A stretch of 64,000 nucleotides of DNA from an uncultured Bacilli bacterium (GTDB lineage: Bacteria; Bacillota_I; Bacilli_A; RF39; UBA660): assembly GCA_958413985.1 (NCBI GenBank), contig CATYVZ010000003.1, positions 18,751 through 82,750 on the forward strand, read 5' to 3'. Made by a program: the position numbers and the translations under genes. Positions 31,086-42,268 of this stretch are shown here, piece by piece. Position 1 is the stretch's first letter, and the number at the start of each line of letters is the position of its first letter. The notes below the pieces were generated by a model. It searched no databases, was not told the DNA's origin, and was given only the letters and a program-made list of their open reading frames with translations.

Positions 31086-31943
31086 TTAGTTTTTCATAAA
31101 AGGATATATTAGTTTTTTTAAACGACTATCATTTTCTTGGAAATAGTTTATTTTTTCTTTTTGTAAAGCGATATTAAAATCTTTACCTTTCGTTATTTCT
31201 CCATCGATATTACATATAATTGGTTGTAATGAATTAATTTGTAAGTTTTTAATATGACTATATTTTACTTGTGAATTGTTTTCATGTGTTCCTCTTAACA
31301 ATTTGGAAAAAAGGTAAATTATTTTTATTTTATTTAATTTTTCAACTAGATATAAATCAAATTGACCATCATCTATATCAGCATGGGGCGCTAATTGAAT
31401 ACCATTACCATAATATGAACCATTACAAATAGATAAAATAGTGATGTCTTTGGGAGTATTATTTAAAATGATCGATGGTGATTTAAACTTAGGAAAAGTC
31501 ATTATTATTCCTTTAGGATACACAAATTTAGAGCCACCATTTTTATTTAATTGGTTGACCTTGTTAGCTACTTCAGCATCGATGCCAAAGGAAACAATAT
31601 TAATAAAATAACGGTCATTAACTTTCCCTAGATCAATTTTATCTGTCTTATCATCGATATTACGGATAAAATCATTACCGCTACCGCAAGGAATAATTCC
31701 AAGATAAGCCTGTCCACCAGATAGACCATTTACGACATCATTCAAAGTACCATCACCACCAACACTATAAATAACCGCATTACAATTCTTATAGTATCTA
31801 GCTACATTAATAGTACTTATCTTATCGTCAGTATGAATAATGGTTATATCGTCATCCAAATAAAATGAATCATGAATATAAGAGCTAATTAAAGCGGCCT
31901 TCCCATTACCTGCTTTACTATTAATAATAAAAATTCTCTTCAT
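31086..31943 (-). CDS. Diacylglycerol/lipid kinase, DagK/YegS family
   Basis: IINSKAGNGKA...GGDGTLNDVVNGL catalytic-domain motifs. Confidence 0.75.
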   Translation of the reverse strand: MKRIFIINSKAGNGKAALISSYIHDSFYLDDDITIIHTDDKISTINVARYYKNCNAVIYSVGGDGTLNDVVNGLSGGQAYLGIIPCGSGNDFIRNIDDKTDKIDLGKVNDRYFINIVSFGIDAEVANKVNQLNKNGGSKFVYPKGIIMTFPKFKSPSIILNNTPKDITILSICNGSYYGNGIQLAPHADIDDGQFDLYLVEKLNKIKIIYLFSKLLRGTHENNSQVKYSHIKNLQINSLQPIICNIDGEITKGKDFNIALQKEKINYFQENDSRLKKLIYPFMKN

Positions 31944-31962
31944 CTTTTCCCCCTAAAACAAC

Positions 31963-32670
31963 TCAATTTTTTAAACTAATAAAAATAAACCGATCTTTTT
32001 TTTGTAAGTCTTTTTCGACAACTACTTCACAATCTAAGTATTGATAAGCTATTCTTTTTATTATCTCAGCTTGATTATGACCAATTTCAAAAGCGATTAA
32101 ACCATTTTTGTTAAGATATTTGTTACAATTAGATAAGATCTTTTCATAATAATATAGCCCATTATTATCAGCATACAAAGCTATATGTGGTTCATTATTT
32201 TTAACAATACTCATTATTTCTTCATCATGGGCAATATATGGTGGATTACTGATAATTAAATCATATTTTTTATTTAACGGTGTTAGCATATCGCCTAAAT
32301 AAAAATTAATACTAACTTGATTATTAATAGCATTTTTTTTAGCTACCTCTAAAGCCTCTTTTGAAATATCGACAGCATCGATATGACAATCTAAATTTTT
32401 AGCTAAAGCAATAGCTATACAACCACTACCAGTTCCTAAATCGGCAATATCTAAATTGGTTTTATTTTTTAATCTTTTAATTGTGCGATCAACCAATTCT
32501 TCGGTTTCAAATCTAGGTATTAAAACATTTTTGTTTACTTCGATAATATTGCCATAAAAATCGACATTGCCAACAATATATTGAACAGGAATGCCTAGAT
32601 TATATTTTCGTATCCCTTCCTCTAGTTTATCGTTAGGCAAATATTTTTTTAAATATTCGAGCTCGGTCAA
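31963..32670 (-). CDS. prmC: Release-factor glutamine N5-methyltransferase
   Basis: SAM motif DLGTGSGCIA and NPPY (IISNPPYI). Directly downstream of prfA. Confidence 0.85.
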   Translation of the reverse strand: MTELEYLKKYLPNDKLEEGIRKYNLGIPVQYIVGNVDFYGNIIEVNKNVLIPRFETEELVDRTIKRLKNKTNLDIADLGTGSGCIAIALAKNLDCHIDAVDISKEALEVAKKNAINNQVSINFYLGDMLTPLNKKYDLIISNPPYIAHDEEIMSIVKNNEPHIALYADNNGLYYYEKILSNCNKYLNKNGLIAFEIGHNQAEIIKRIAYQYLDCEVVVEKDLQKKDRFIFISLKN

Positions 32671-32671
32671 A

Positions 32672-33727
32672 TTATTCGCCTCTTAATTTACGATTTTGAT
32701 CTTCAGTAATTAAAGCATCGATAACTTTATCAATATCACCTTGCATAACACGATCTAGTGTATTTAAAGTAAAACCTATACGATGATCAGTAACTCTATT
32801 TTGTGGATAATTATATGTTCTAATTTTTTCGGAACGATCACCAGTTCCAATTTTACTTTTTCTTTCTTCACCTAGTTCTTTTTCTCGCTCTTGCATTTTT
32901 AAATCATAAAGACGAGTCTGTAATATCCTAATAGCTTTTTCCTTGTTTTTTATTTGGCTTCTTTCGGTTTGAGAATAAACGACTATGCCAGTTGGAATAT
33001 GCGTTAATCTTACTGCCGAATCAGTCGTGTTTACACCTTGACCACCACAACCACTACTTCTTGTAATATCGACTCTAACATCGTTCATATCCAAATCACA
33101 ATCTAACTCTTCAGCTTCTGGCATAACTAAAACAGTCGCAGTTGAAGTGTGAACACGTCCTTGAGTTTCTGTTACTGGAACTCTTTGAACACGGTGAGCC
33201 CCTGATTCATATTTCAATTTTGAATAAACGTTTTCTCCTCTTACGATAAAACTGATTAAAGTATAACCTCCTGCTTCCGATTTTTCTTCTTCGACAATTT
33301 CGATCTTCCAACCTTCTTTTTCAGCTAACTTTTTATACATATCAAATAAATCACCAGCAAAGATATTTCCTTCGTCACCACCAGCAGCTCCTCTTATTTC
33401 AACAATAACATCTTTTCCGTCATTAGGATCTTTCGGTAACAATAATATTTCAATATCTTTAATTAATTGTTCTAATTTAACTTGATTAGTTTCTAATTCT
33501 TCTTTAGCAAATTCACTTAATTCTGGATCTTTAACTAATTCTTTAGCTGCTTCAATATCAGATACTAAATTTTTATATTCTTGATATGCATCATAAGCTT
33601 CTTGCAAACTAGCTTGTTCCTTGGATAATTCAGTTGTCTTTTTTATATCGGTAATTATTTCAGGATTTGTTAGTTCATTATTAATCTGATTATATCTTTC
33701 TTCTATCGTTTTTAATCTTTCTATCAT
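32672..33727 (-). CDS. prfA: Peptide chain release factor 1
   Basis: GGQ motif [26 protein letters not shown]. 351 aa. Confidence 0.92.
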   Translation of the reverse strand: MIERLKTIEERYNQINNELTNPEIITDIKKTTELSKEQASLQEAYDAYQEYKNLVSDIEAAKELVKDPELSEFAKEELETNQVKLEQLIKDIEILLLPKDPNDGKDVIVEIRGAAGGDEGNIFAGDLFDMYKKLAEKEGWKIEIVEEEKSEAGGYTLISFIVRGENVYSKLKYESGAHRVQRVPVTETQGRVHTSTATVLVMPEAEELDCDLDMNDVRVDITRSSGCGGQGVNTTDSAVRLTHIPTGIVVYSQTERSQIKNKEKAIRILQTRLYDLKMQEREKELGEERKSKIGTGDRSEKIRTYNYPQNRVTDHRIGFTLNTLDRVMQGDIDKVIDALITEDQNRKLRGE

Positions 33728-33822
33728 AAATTCACCTTTTCTATTATATTCCCGTTTTTCTTATATGATTATACTATATTATATAATTTTAAGCAAATGA
33801 AAACTTATTCATTTTGAATAAG

Positions 33823-35175
33823 TTATATCATTTTATTGATTATTTCCATAAATTCATCTTTGATTTCTTTTAAACGATCGTTACTGTTTGCTTCAAATCT
33901 AGCACTTATCACAGGTCCAGTATTTGAATATCTAACTAACGCCCAACCATCAGCAAATTCAACTCTAACACCATCGATATCATTAAATTTGTAATTTTTA
34001 CTAATAGCATATTTTCTTATTTCGTCAACTACTTTATATTTTTTTTCTTCGGTAGTGTCTATTTTCAATTCATCAGTAGAGTAATAAATATTGATATTAT
34101 TATATAATTCTGACATATTTTTATCCATGTTTGACAATACTTCGATCATTCTAAGACCAGCATATAAACCGTCGTCAAAACCATAGAAACGGTCGCCAAA
34201 CCACATATGCCCTGAATATTCACCAGCAAATTCTAATTTTTGTTCATGAAATTTACGATACATATATGAATTGCCAGTACGATACATGATATGATCAATT
34301 TTTAACTTATCTAATTCATCGATCAATGATTTAGAGCATTTAACGTCATACAAAGCTTTTCTATTTTTTAACTTATCATTCAAATAACGATACATAATAA
34401 TCATGAAAACATCAGAATTGACAAGATTACCTTTTTCATCGATAATTCTAACTCTATCACCATCGGCATCTAACGCAACGCCAATATCATATCCTAACTC
34501 AACTACTCGTTTTTGAATATCAACTAAATTTTCGCTAACTGATGGGTCGGGATGGTGGTTAGGGAAAGTAGGATCACTATTGCAATACAATAAATCATAA
34601 GTTATATTTAACTTATCTAATATTTCCTTTATGATAACAGATACGGTTCCGTTCCCACAGTCAAAAACAACTTTAATATTTTTATTTATCTTTAAATTAT
34701 CGACAATCAAATTAACATATTCATCTTTAATATCATATGTGTGCAATTTGCCAACACCGGTAAGGAACTTCCCTTTATTAGTAAAATCTCTAAAAGCGAT
34801 AATTTCATCTCCAGCAGCATTTCCGTTTTCGTCAAAAGAAATTTTAAATCCATTATGATTGCTTGGATTATGTGAAGCCGTTATCATCATAGCTGCCCAT
34901 TTATTTAAATGTTGTCTTGCAAAATAAAACATCGGTGTGGTGACTAAACCTAAATTAGTGACAGAAACCCCACTTTCTAATAACCCTCTAATCAAATTAT
35001 CAGCTAAAACAGGTGAAGATAGCCTATTATCATAGCCAACTAGAACATCATTTTTGCCTCTTAATTTAACATAGCTACCAAAGCTTTTTCCTAAAATATA
35101 AGCCGTTTCTATGGTGATTTGTTCGTCATATATACCTCTTATATCATAAGCTCTAAAAATAGTTTGATCGATCAT
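33823..35175 (-). CDS. Phosphomannomutase/phosphoglucomutase (alpha-D-phosphohexomutase)
   Basis: FRAYDIRGI N-terminus, active-site ITASHNPSNHNGFK, metal-binding DADGDR. Confidence 0.8.
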   Translation of the reverse strand: MIDQTIFRAYDIRGIYDEQITIETAYILGKSFGSYVKLRGKNDVLVGYDNRLSSPVLADNLIRGLLESGVSVTNLGLVTTPMFYFARQHLNKWAAMMITASHNPSNHNGFKISFDENGNAAGDEIIAFRDFTNKGKFLTGVGKLHTYDIKDEYVNLIVDNLKINKNIKVVFDCGNGTVSVIIKEILDKLNITYDLLYCNSDPTFPNHHPDPSVSENLVDIQKRVVELGYDIGVALDADGDRVRIIDEKGNLVNSDVFMIIMYRYLNDKLKNRKALYDVKCSKSLIDELDKLKIDHIMYRTGNSYMYRKFHEQKLEFAGEYSGHMWFGDRFYGFDDGLYAGLRMIEVLSNMDKNMSELYNNINIYYSTDELKIDTTEEKKYKVVDEIRKYAISKNYKFNDIDGVRVEFADGWALVRYSNTGPVISARFEANSNDRLKEIKDEFMEIINKMI

Positions 35176-35185
35176 TAAACACCTT

Positions 35186-35575
35186 CTATCTAATTATTAC
35201 ATCTATAACTTTTGGCGCAAAAATTATTATTCCTATAATAACAGCAACGATTGCTACAACCAATACTGCACCAGCTGATGTGTCTTTGGCTAACTTAGCT
35301 TTAGGATTAATTTCTGGCTTGCAAATATCAATCGTAGTTTCGATAGCTGTATTCATAAGTTCTAAAGTAATGACAAAACCAAATAGCAAAATACATATCA
35401 ACCACTCTGTTGAACTAATTTTAAATATAAATCCAAATATTATAACCAATAACATGGCACAAAAGTGAATAGCTAAATTTCTTTCGGTTAATATATTAAC
35501 TTTAATACCTTGAAAAGCATAATAAAAACTTTTCAACAATGATGGCTTTGATTTTTTAAACCTTTTTTTAAACAT
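35186..35575 (-). CDS. dgkA: Diacylglycerol kinase (prokaryotic DgkA / undecaprenol kinase family)
   Basis: 129 aa, 3 TM segments. ELMNTAIE resembles the DgkA ELxNSAIE signature. Confidence 0.7.
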   Translation of the reverse strand: MFKKRFKKSKPSLLKSFYYAFQGIKVNILTERNLAIHFCAMLLVIIFGFIFKISSTEWLICILLFGFVITLELMNTAIETTIDICKPEINPKAKLAKDTSAGAVLVVAIVAVIIGIIIFAPKVIDVIIR

Positions 35576-35824
35576 ACTATCACTTCCAATTATATAAATT
35601 ATATCATAAGCTATCTTATAAGTAAATGAGGGCCTATTAATATTTTGTTATCAAAATTACTATAATTCATGTTTGAAATGGGCGATAAATTAAAATGGGC
35701 CTTTTATTTCATCCAAGGGATTTGATAACTGTTAATTTTCTATTATATTTTGCATTATTATTGTTTTATCGTTTGCTATATTTAGCGTAAAATACCCTAT
35801 TTTACCTATCTTGTCATATACCTA

Positions 35825-36682
35825 TTATTTACCACTTAATATTTTACTTATAATCTCCTTATATTTGCTTTCATTTATTTGTTTATCTAAAGTATTTGTC
35901 AAATCTTTTATGGCCTTTTCAACTAGTTCTTTTTTGTTAATTAACGATTTATATACTATGTTTAGTTTTTCTTGATTTTCAGTTATATATTTATTATTTG
36001 TATCATAATAAAAATATCTTTTAATAAAGCTTTTATTATCTTTAAACTCATTAATAAAATGACTAATATTTATCAAATTTACATATGTACTCAAATCAAT
36101 AAAATTTAAATTAAATTTACTTTCTTCATTACCTATTTTTTTATTTAAAAAATTCAAATACATGTATTCTATTACTAACATTATGTATTTTAAATTACCT
36201 AATAAATAATTTTTATACTTTATAGTTTCACTCATATATGACAGTAATTCCTTCATACTGGATGGATGAATAATTTTACAAAGGTATTTATAAATTTCAT
36301 TGAAATCTTCTTTTTCAAAATAATCTGTAAAAATTTCTTTACAATTAAATTCTAAGATTGATCTTAAATCTCTTGAAACTGTATCTAATGTTATATTAAG
36401 TTTCTTATCATATGATTTTGCTATTATATAAATAATATTTTCATATAAAGTTCTTAAAATTGTGGCCGCATTTAATAAATCTTGTTTTTCTATAAGTTCA
36501 TTAACTAATCTAAAATCATGAGTAATTTTGATATACAAATTTTTTGACTTATTATATTTGCTTATTTTCTTAAATTCAAAATTATCTATTTCATCCAAAT
36601 ATACATAATTTGCACAGTTTAATATTCTCATACATTTTTTATAATTATTTATTCGTTTTATAAACTGACTTGCTGTTGCCAT
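35825..36682 (-). CDS. Hypothetical protein (285 aa) in the R-M/defense-like locus
   Basis: Lys/Asn-rich, predicted helical. No motif recognised by eye. Co-oriented with the 36839 gene, separated by a 156-bp spacer. Confidence 0.4.
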   Translation of the reverse strand: MATASQFIKRINNYKKCMRILNCANYVYLDEIDNFEFKKISKYNKSKNLYIKITHDFRLVNELIEKQDLLNAATILRTLYENIIYIIAKSYDKKLNITLDTVSRDLRSILEFNCKEIFTDYFEKEDFNEIYKYLCKIIHPSSMKELLSYMSETIKYKNYLLGNLKYIMLVIEYMYLNFLNKKIGNEESKFNLNFIDLSTYVNLINISHFINEFKDNKSFIKRYFYYDTNNKYITENQEKLNIVYKSLINKKELVEKAIKDLTNTLDKQINESKYKEIISKILSGK

Positions 36683-36838
36683 AATATCACCTTTGTAATT
36701 AATTATTATACCATAAAAAAGTCATCACTGACTTTTCTCATCATAATTCCATAACCCAATTTAACAGCAAGTAAAATTTCGCTTTTATTTTTCAGCATTT
36801 ATAATTTCCAAGCGTATCCTATTTTATCATCTTTTTCA

Positions 36839-37696
36839 TTATTCACTATCTATTATATTTGATAATTCAAATCTTTCTCCATATTTTTTTAATATATCCT
36901 CTGCGAATGATAAGAACGAAATATCTTCTAATTCTAAATCAAAGTCATTATCAATTAATCCATCTTTTTTTAGTTCATCAGTTGTATTATATATTACCGG
37001 TTTTTCTTTTGAAAAATCAACTATTAAAAGTGCGCATCTTTCATATTTATACTCATCATCATCTTTATTTAATCTGTTATTAATTGCAGAAAAGAAACTT
37101 ATATATTTTGCTAAATTTGTTTTTCTATTTGAAAAAGATACAATATTATTCTTAGCATCAGACTCATTATATTCATAAACAGGAATTAGATATACCTCAC
37201 CTAAAACAATACTTTTATAAATTGTGTGTAAATTCATAGCTTCTGCAAATGTTCTTTCAAATAGTGTATCGGCATTTTTCGCCAAACTACTAAGCTGACT
37301 TCTTATATTTATTACCAGACAATTAGATGTATATTCAATTCCAAACATGTCTTTTTTATTTTCATGCTTCAAAGGACCCCAATCAACAACGATTTCCTCT
37401 TTTTCAACATTAGAGGGAATTACTGTTACATCCTGATCTTTTTGTTTTAAAAAACCTGTTATTTTGACTTCTGGATTAGAGCGACCCAACGGAGGAAAAA
37501 TATTTCCGGATTTTACTTTATTCCTAACTAATTCTTCTTTTACACATTCGTGCAAATATCCTATTAATCTAGATGATCTTATCAAACTTTCTTTCGCTAA
37601 TGATCCATTACCAAAAATTTTCCCCTCATTTTCTCCTGTGGAAATACATAATTCTATTTCTTTTTTTATTATTGACATACAATTTTCTATATTCAT
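36839..37696 (-). CDS. Hypothetical protein (285 aa), candidate restriction endonuclease partner of the divergent methyltransferase
   Basis: Divergently transcribed from the MTase gene across a 117-bp shared upstream region. Its size is typical of Type II REases. No PD-(D/E)XK motif could be assigned by eye. Confidence 0.35.
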   Translation of the reverse strand: MNIENCMSIIKKEIELCISTGENEGKIFGNGSLAKESLIRSSRLIGYLHECVKEELVRNKVKSGNIFPPLGRSNPEVKITGFLKQKDQDVTVIPSNVEKEEIVVDWGPLKHENKKDMFGIEYTSNCLVINIRSQLSSLAKNADTLFERTFAEAMNLHTIYKSIVLGEVYLIPVYEYNESDAKNNIVSFSNRKTNLAKYISFFSAINNRLNKDDDEYKYERCALLIVDFSKEKPVIYNTTDELKKDGLIDNDFDLELEDISFLSFAEDILKKYGERFELSNIIDSE

Positions 37697-37813
37697 AAAA
37701 GCAACCTCTTAATATATTTTAACATTTTTTGTATTTTTTTTAAATTATTTGACAGTTATTTAATAAAAATATCTTTTTTTAATGTATAATTAGTATATAA
37801 GGATGGTGCATAA

Positions 37814-39604
37814 ATGAAAAACAATATTATATCAAAACTTTTACATTCTTACTCTATTGTAGATATAGAAAACGCTGCCATCAAATTATTTTTAAATAAC
37901 AATAATATTTCAGATATAAAAAATAGAATTATTCAAAATAGAATTAATATCGTTAATTCTGATATTTTAGAAACTTTAAAAAATAATTTTAATATTAAAA
38001 CTATTGATTCATTAGACAAATTTTTTGAAAATTTATTTAATGAAAAAGAAAAAACTGAAAACGGTATAGTATTTACTCCAGATTTTATAGCTGATTACAT
38101 TGTTAAAAATACTATTACAAGTTTTAATGAAAATACAAAAATCATTGATCCTTCTTGTGGATGCGGAATATTTTTAATTTCCACCATAAAACATATAAAA
38201 AGTTTAACTAATATTTCAATTAGTAATATTATTAAAAACAATTTATACGGAATAGATTTACAAAAAGAAAATATTGAAAGAGTTAAAGTATTGATATCAT
38301 TATATGCTATCATAAATGATGAAGATAATGAAGAATATAGTTTTAATTTAAAATGCTGTGATAGTTTATTTAGTGACTGGAAAAATATTTTTAAAGTTAA
38401 TAAATTTGACTATATAATTGGAAACCCGCCTTATATTAACAATCATGATCTAAAAGATGAGTATATAAATTTATTAAAAAATAGTTATGAATCAACTCAA
38501 GAAGGCACTTTCAACATTTTCTATGTTTTTATTGAAAAAAGCTCAATAAATTTATCAGATACAGGAAAAATTGGATATATTATTCCAAATAATTTTCTTC
38601 ATATTAAATCTGCCAAAAAATTAAGACAATACATAAAAAATAATAATTTATTAAATACTATCATTGATTTTAAAGATAATACTGTGTTTTCTCCTGTTTT
38701 AACATATAACTCTATTGTTTTCTTAACTAAAAATAATACAACAATTAAATATGCTCAAGTAAAGAAAACTAAAAACATTAATAACATCTTAGAAAATATT
38801 AATTTCAAAACAAAAAAAATTGATGAATTAGATGATGATTGTTGGATTTTATCAAATAACAATACAATTAATAACATTAGAAAAATTGAATCATATAATA
38901 AAATTGATTCGTTTATAAAAACTGGTATTGCAACTTTAAGAGATAAGTTATTTATATTAGACGGATATGATGAAGACAAAAAATTATATTTTAAAAGTAT
39001 TGATAATATTATATATTATATAGAACCAGAGATAACCAAACCATTCATTAAAATTTCTAAATATAAGGCAACTAAAAAAATAGAAAGAATAATTTTTCCA
39101 TATGAAATAAAACATGGCAAATCATCTATTTACGATATAGAAAAATTAAAAAAATTATTTCCATTGTGCTATAAATATTTTGAAGATAATAAAACTTTAA
39201 TAGAAAAAAAAGAAAAAGGTAAAATTATAACTCCTTGGTATATTTATGGTAGAGCGCAGGGATTAAATTTGTTTGATGACAAAATTATTTTTTCTACATT
39301 TAATAGTTTGCCAGAATTTATGGATTGTCCAAATAATGAGGCTCTTTTATCAAATGGTTATTGTATAACTAATTTTCCATATAATAAAATGTTATTATTA
39401 AAAATACTAAATTCTAAAGTTATGAAATATTATATAGAAAATACAAGTTATAGTATTTCTGGTAATTATAAATGTTTCCAGAAAAAATATATTAAAAACT
39501 TCTCTATACCTAATATAGATAAAAATATAGAAATGGAGATTTTACAATTAAATGGTAAAAAATTAGATGAATATCTATTTAATTTATACAAATTAGATGA
39601 ATAA
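37814..39604 (+). CDS. N6-adenine-specific DNA methyltransferase (gamma class: motif I before NPPY, large C-terminal target-recognition region)
   Basis: Motif I IIDPSCGCGIFL and motif IV YIIGNPPYI. 596 aa with a single catalytic domain. Confidence 0.75.
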   Translation: MKNNIISKLLHSYSIVDIENAAIKLFLNNNNISDIKNRIIQNRINIVNSDILETLKNNFNIKTIDSLDKFFENLFNEKEKTENGIVFTPDFIADYIVKNTITSFNENTKIIDPSCGCGIFLISTIKHIKSLTNISISNIIKNNLYGIDLQKENIERVKVLISLYAIINDEDNEEYSFNLKCCDSLFSDWKNIFKVNKFDYIIGNPPYINNHDLKDEYINLLKNSYESTQEGTFNIFYVFIEKSSINLSDTGKIGYIIPNNFLHIKSAKKLRQYIKNNNLLNTIIDFKDNTVFSPVLTYNSIVFLTKNNTTIKYAQVKKTKNINNILENINFKTKKIDELDDDCWILSNNNTINNIRKIESYNKIDSFIKTGIATLRDKLFILDGYDEDKKLYFKSIDNIIYYIEPEITKPFIKISKYKATKKIERIIFPYEIKHGKSSIYDIEKLKKLFPLCYKYFEDNKTLIEKKEKGKIITPWYIYGRAQGLNLFDDKIIFSTFNSLPEFMDCPNNEALLSNGYCITNFPYNKMLLLKILNSKVMKYYIENTSYSISGNYKCFQKKYIKNFSIPNIDKNIEMEILQLNGKKLDEYLFNLYKLDE

Positions 39605-40021
39605 AATCATCTTTTTTTCTTGACCTTTATTTTAAGTGGTTAACACAACAACCGGATGTTACATATGATTAGAAAAAATACAGATGAAGATATTTCTGAT
39701 TCTATACACTATATTAAATATTCTATTTTTGAATTCTATGACAATTCCTATTTGAACATTATTTTCCTCATCCACAATATCACATTCTTTGTTACCGCTT
39801 GTTCCATAGAAAAATTCTACTAATTAGTTTTTCTTTTTTAAAATAGTAATTCTACATCACTAAATCCATCAGGTTTTTGATTTGATAATTTTAAAAAATC
39901 TAATTCAACTTTACTAATAGAATTATATCATTTTTTATCGAAAAAAAATTAGCAATTTCAACTGAATTTATAAAATTCATTCCCAACTTGTTCACAAAAC
40001 CTTATAAATACTAGCTATACA

Positions 40022-40048
40022 CAAAAAAATGCTAGGCTTTCGCCTAGC
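40022..40048 (-). terminator. Rho-independent terminator downstream of recG
   Basis: Perfect hairpin GCTAGGC-TTTC-GCCTAGC (40031-40048) preceded on the + strand by A7, which is a T-run after the stem on the - strand. Confidence 0.6.
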
Positions 40049-40167
40049 TTCAGGGGGTTTGGTTGAGCCAACTCACATCATATTACAGTAAGAGACTCAA
40101 GCGTGGATACCACGCAATTATAATTATAAATAAGAAGTGCCTAATTGTCAAGACATTTAACAACATA

Positions 40168-42138
40168 TTAATCTAAATAATCTAAACCATTCACTATATC
40201 ATCATAAATATATTGATATTTAGGATCATGATTATTTAGAAATTCTAAACTATCTTCTTTAGCTTTAACAACCAAATTATAATCTTTTCTTAAATCAGCT
40301 AATTTAAACTGCATGTCACCACTTTGTCTAACACCAAATAAATCACCACTACCTCGCAATTTGAAATCCGCCTCACTAATACTAAAGCCATCATTAGTTT
40401 TCGTTAAAATATTTAATCTTTCGGCTTCTTCATTACTAATCATTATAAAATATGATTGCAAATCGTTTCTTCCAACACGACCTCGCAACTGATGAAGTGC
40501 GGACAAACCAAAACGATAACTATCGAATACTACCATCATCGTCGCATTAGGTACATCAACACCAACTTCGATGACAGTTGTACTAATTAAAATATTAATC
40601 TCGTTGTTTTTAAATCTCTGCATTACACTGTCCTTTTCCTGATTAGATAATTTGCCATGCATCACATCAACTGTAAAGTATTTACCGAAAGCTAAATTCA
40701 TTTTATCTTGCAATTTTATTACGTTTTCTAATTCTATTTTATCGCTTTCTTCAATTAATGGTGCGATAACATAAACTTGATGACCTTTTTTTAATTGTTC
40801 CAACATCATTGTTAAAACATCAGAAATCTCTTTTTCTTTCTTTAAATAAGTAATGACATCTTTGCGACCACTTGGCTTAGTTTTAATACTAGAAATATCC
40901 ATATCACCAAACAAAGTTATCGCATAGGTTCTTGGAATAGGAGTCGCACTCATATATAAAACATCGGGCATAATTCCTTTATTCTTTAAATCACTTCGTT
41001 GATTAACCCCAAAACGATGTTGTTCATCCGTAATTACCAAACCCAAATTACTATATTTCACATCTTCACTAATCAAAGCATGAGTACCAATAACTATATC
41101 GACACTACCATCCTCTAATTTTGAATATATCTCTCTTTTTTCTTTAACTTTTAATTTGCCTGTCAATAAACAAACATTAAGATCAGGTAATAACTTAACA
41201 ATATTATTGTAATGCTGTTTGGCTAATATTTCTGTTGGTGCCATTAAAGCTCCCTGATAACCTGCTAAATAGTTTATATAAAGTGCAATAAAAGCAACGA
41301 TCGTCTTACCACTACCAACATCACCTTGCAATAAACGATTCATTCTTCGACTACTAGTTAAATCACCGTATATTTCATCGACTGCTTTTATTTGATCACT
41401 GGTAAGATGAAATGGTAATTTTGCAATAAACTCTTGAACTTTTAAAAAAGAAACTGTCCTTTCTAGACCCTGTTGAACTTTTCTTGATTTCAAATAGTTT
41501 ATTTTCAACATAAACACAAATAATTCTTCATACTTTAATCTGTTAATAGCTTGCTTTAAAGTTTCACAATTATAAGGATTATGGATCTGTTTAATACAAA
41601 ATTTTTTATCCTTAAAGCCATATTTTAAAGATAAATATGACGGTAAATAGTCAACTATATCAATATCGACTAAACTTATCAAATGATTAATTTGGATACT
41701 ATTAATTCCAGTCGTAACGTGATAAATGGGCTCTATTTTAATCTCGTTACCCAATAAAGAAAACTTAATATCACTAGCAACAACCGTATTGTTTTTTTTA
41801 TCATATTTACCAATGACAGTAATTTTTGTACCAGCAGTTATTTTGTTTTTTAAAAAACCTCGATTAAAAATAGCAACATTCATCAAAAAAGCAAATGTCT
41901 TCAACTTAAAAGACATTTTATCTTTATGGTTTCTAAGATATACAACCACTGCGTTTGTTTCAACTATCCCATCGATAATTATCGGATCATCTTGTTCAAG
42001 TTTATCTATATCGCTTCTTTTAATAAAATTATAACGAAAAGGATAATATGTCAATAGATCATAGGTATTATTAATACCAAGTCTTCCTAGAGTATTAAGA
42101 GTTTTGGGACCTATCCCTTTTATATTAGCTAAATCCAT
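40168..42138 (-). CDS. recG: ATP-dependent DNA helicase RecG
   Basis: 656 aa. Wedge domain plus SF2 helicase motifs: GDVGSGKT, DEQHRFG and the TRG-motif region. Confidence 0.9.
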   Translation of the reverse strand: MDLANIKGIGPKTLNTLGRLGINNTYDLLTYYPFRYNFIKRSDIDKLEQDDPIIIDGIVETNAVVVYLRNHKDKMSFKLKTFAFLMNVAIFNRGFLKNKITAGTKITVIGKYDKKNNTVVASDIKFSLLGNEIKIEPIYHVTTGINSIQINHLISLVDIDIVDYLPSYLSLKYGFKDKKFCIKQIHNPYNCETLKQAINRLKYEELFVFMLKINYLKSRKVQQGLERTVSFLKVQEFIAKLPFHLTSDQIKAVDEIYGDLTSSRRMNRLLQGDVGSGKTIVAFIALYINYLAGYQGALMAPTEILAKQHYNNIVKLLPDLNVCLLTGKLKVKEKREIYSKLEDGSVDIVIGTHALISEDVKYSNLGLVITDEQHRFGVNQRSDLKNKGIMPDVLYMSATPIPRTYAITLFGDMDISSIKTKPSGRKDVITYLKKEKEISDVLTMMLEQLKKGHQVYVIAPLIEESDKIELENVIKLQDKMNLAFGKYFTVDVMHGKLSNQEKDSVMQRFKNNEINILISTTVIEVGVDVPNATMMVVFDSYRFGLSALHQLRGRVGRNDLQSYFIMISNEEAERLNILTKTNDGFSISEADFKLRGSGDLFGVRQSGDMQFKLADLRKDYNLVVKAKEDSLEFLNNHDPKYQYIYDDIVNGLDYLD

Positions 42139-42268
42139 AATTTCACCTTCCTAAATTATACCAAACATACTTTTGTTTGTCTATATGATGAACAAAAAAA
42201 TCTATGAGTTTATCCATTAGTTATATATGAAAAAAAAGGAGTTAAATCCTTTTAAAATCACTAGATTT

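Noticed and set aside
35576-35824. Repeated AAATGRGGGCC-like strings (AAATGAGGGCC, AAATGGGCC) between dgkA and the 285-aa gene, looked at as a possible att site or terminator
   Set aside because: The strings are short and not flanked by a stem or a T-run, and no matching copy was found at the other end of the R-M-like locus. Insufficient evidence.
39605-40167. 560-bp gap between the methyltransferase and recG examined for a tRNA, sRNA or hidden gene (hairpin GCGTGGATACCACGC at 40101-40115; 52-aa ORF 39665-39823)
   Set aside because: No tRNA-like cloverleaf, T-loop (GTTCRANYC) or anticodon-arm arrangement could be folded by eye. The ORF has no RBS and is low complexity. Only the recG terminator hairpin (40031-40048) was kept. 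The rest is best described as decayed or insertion-scar DNA.
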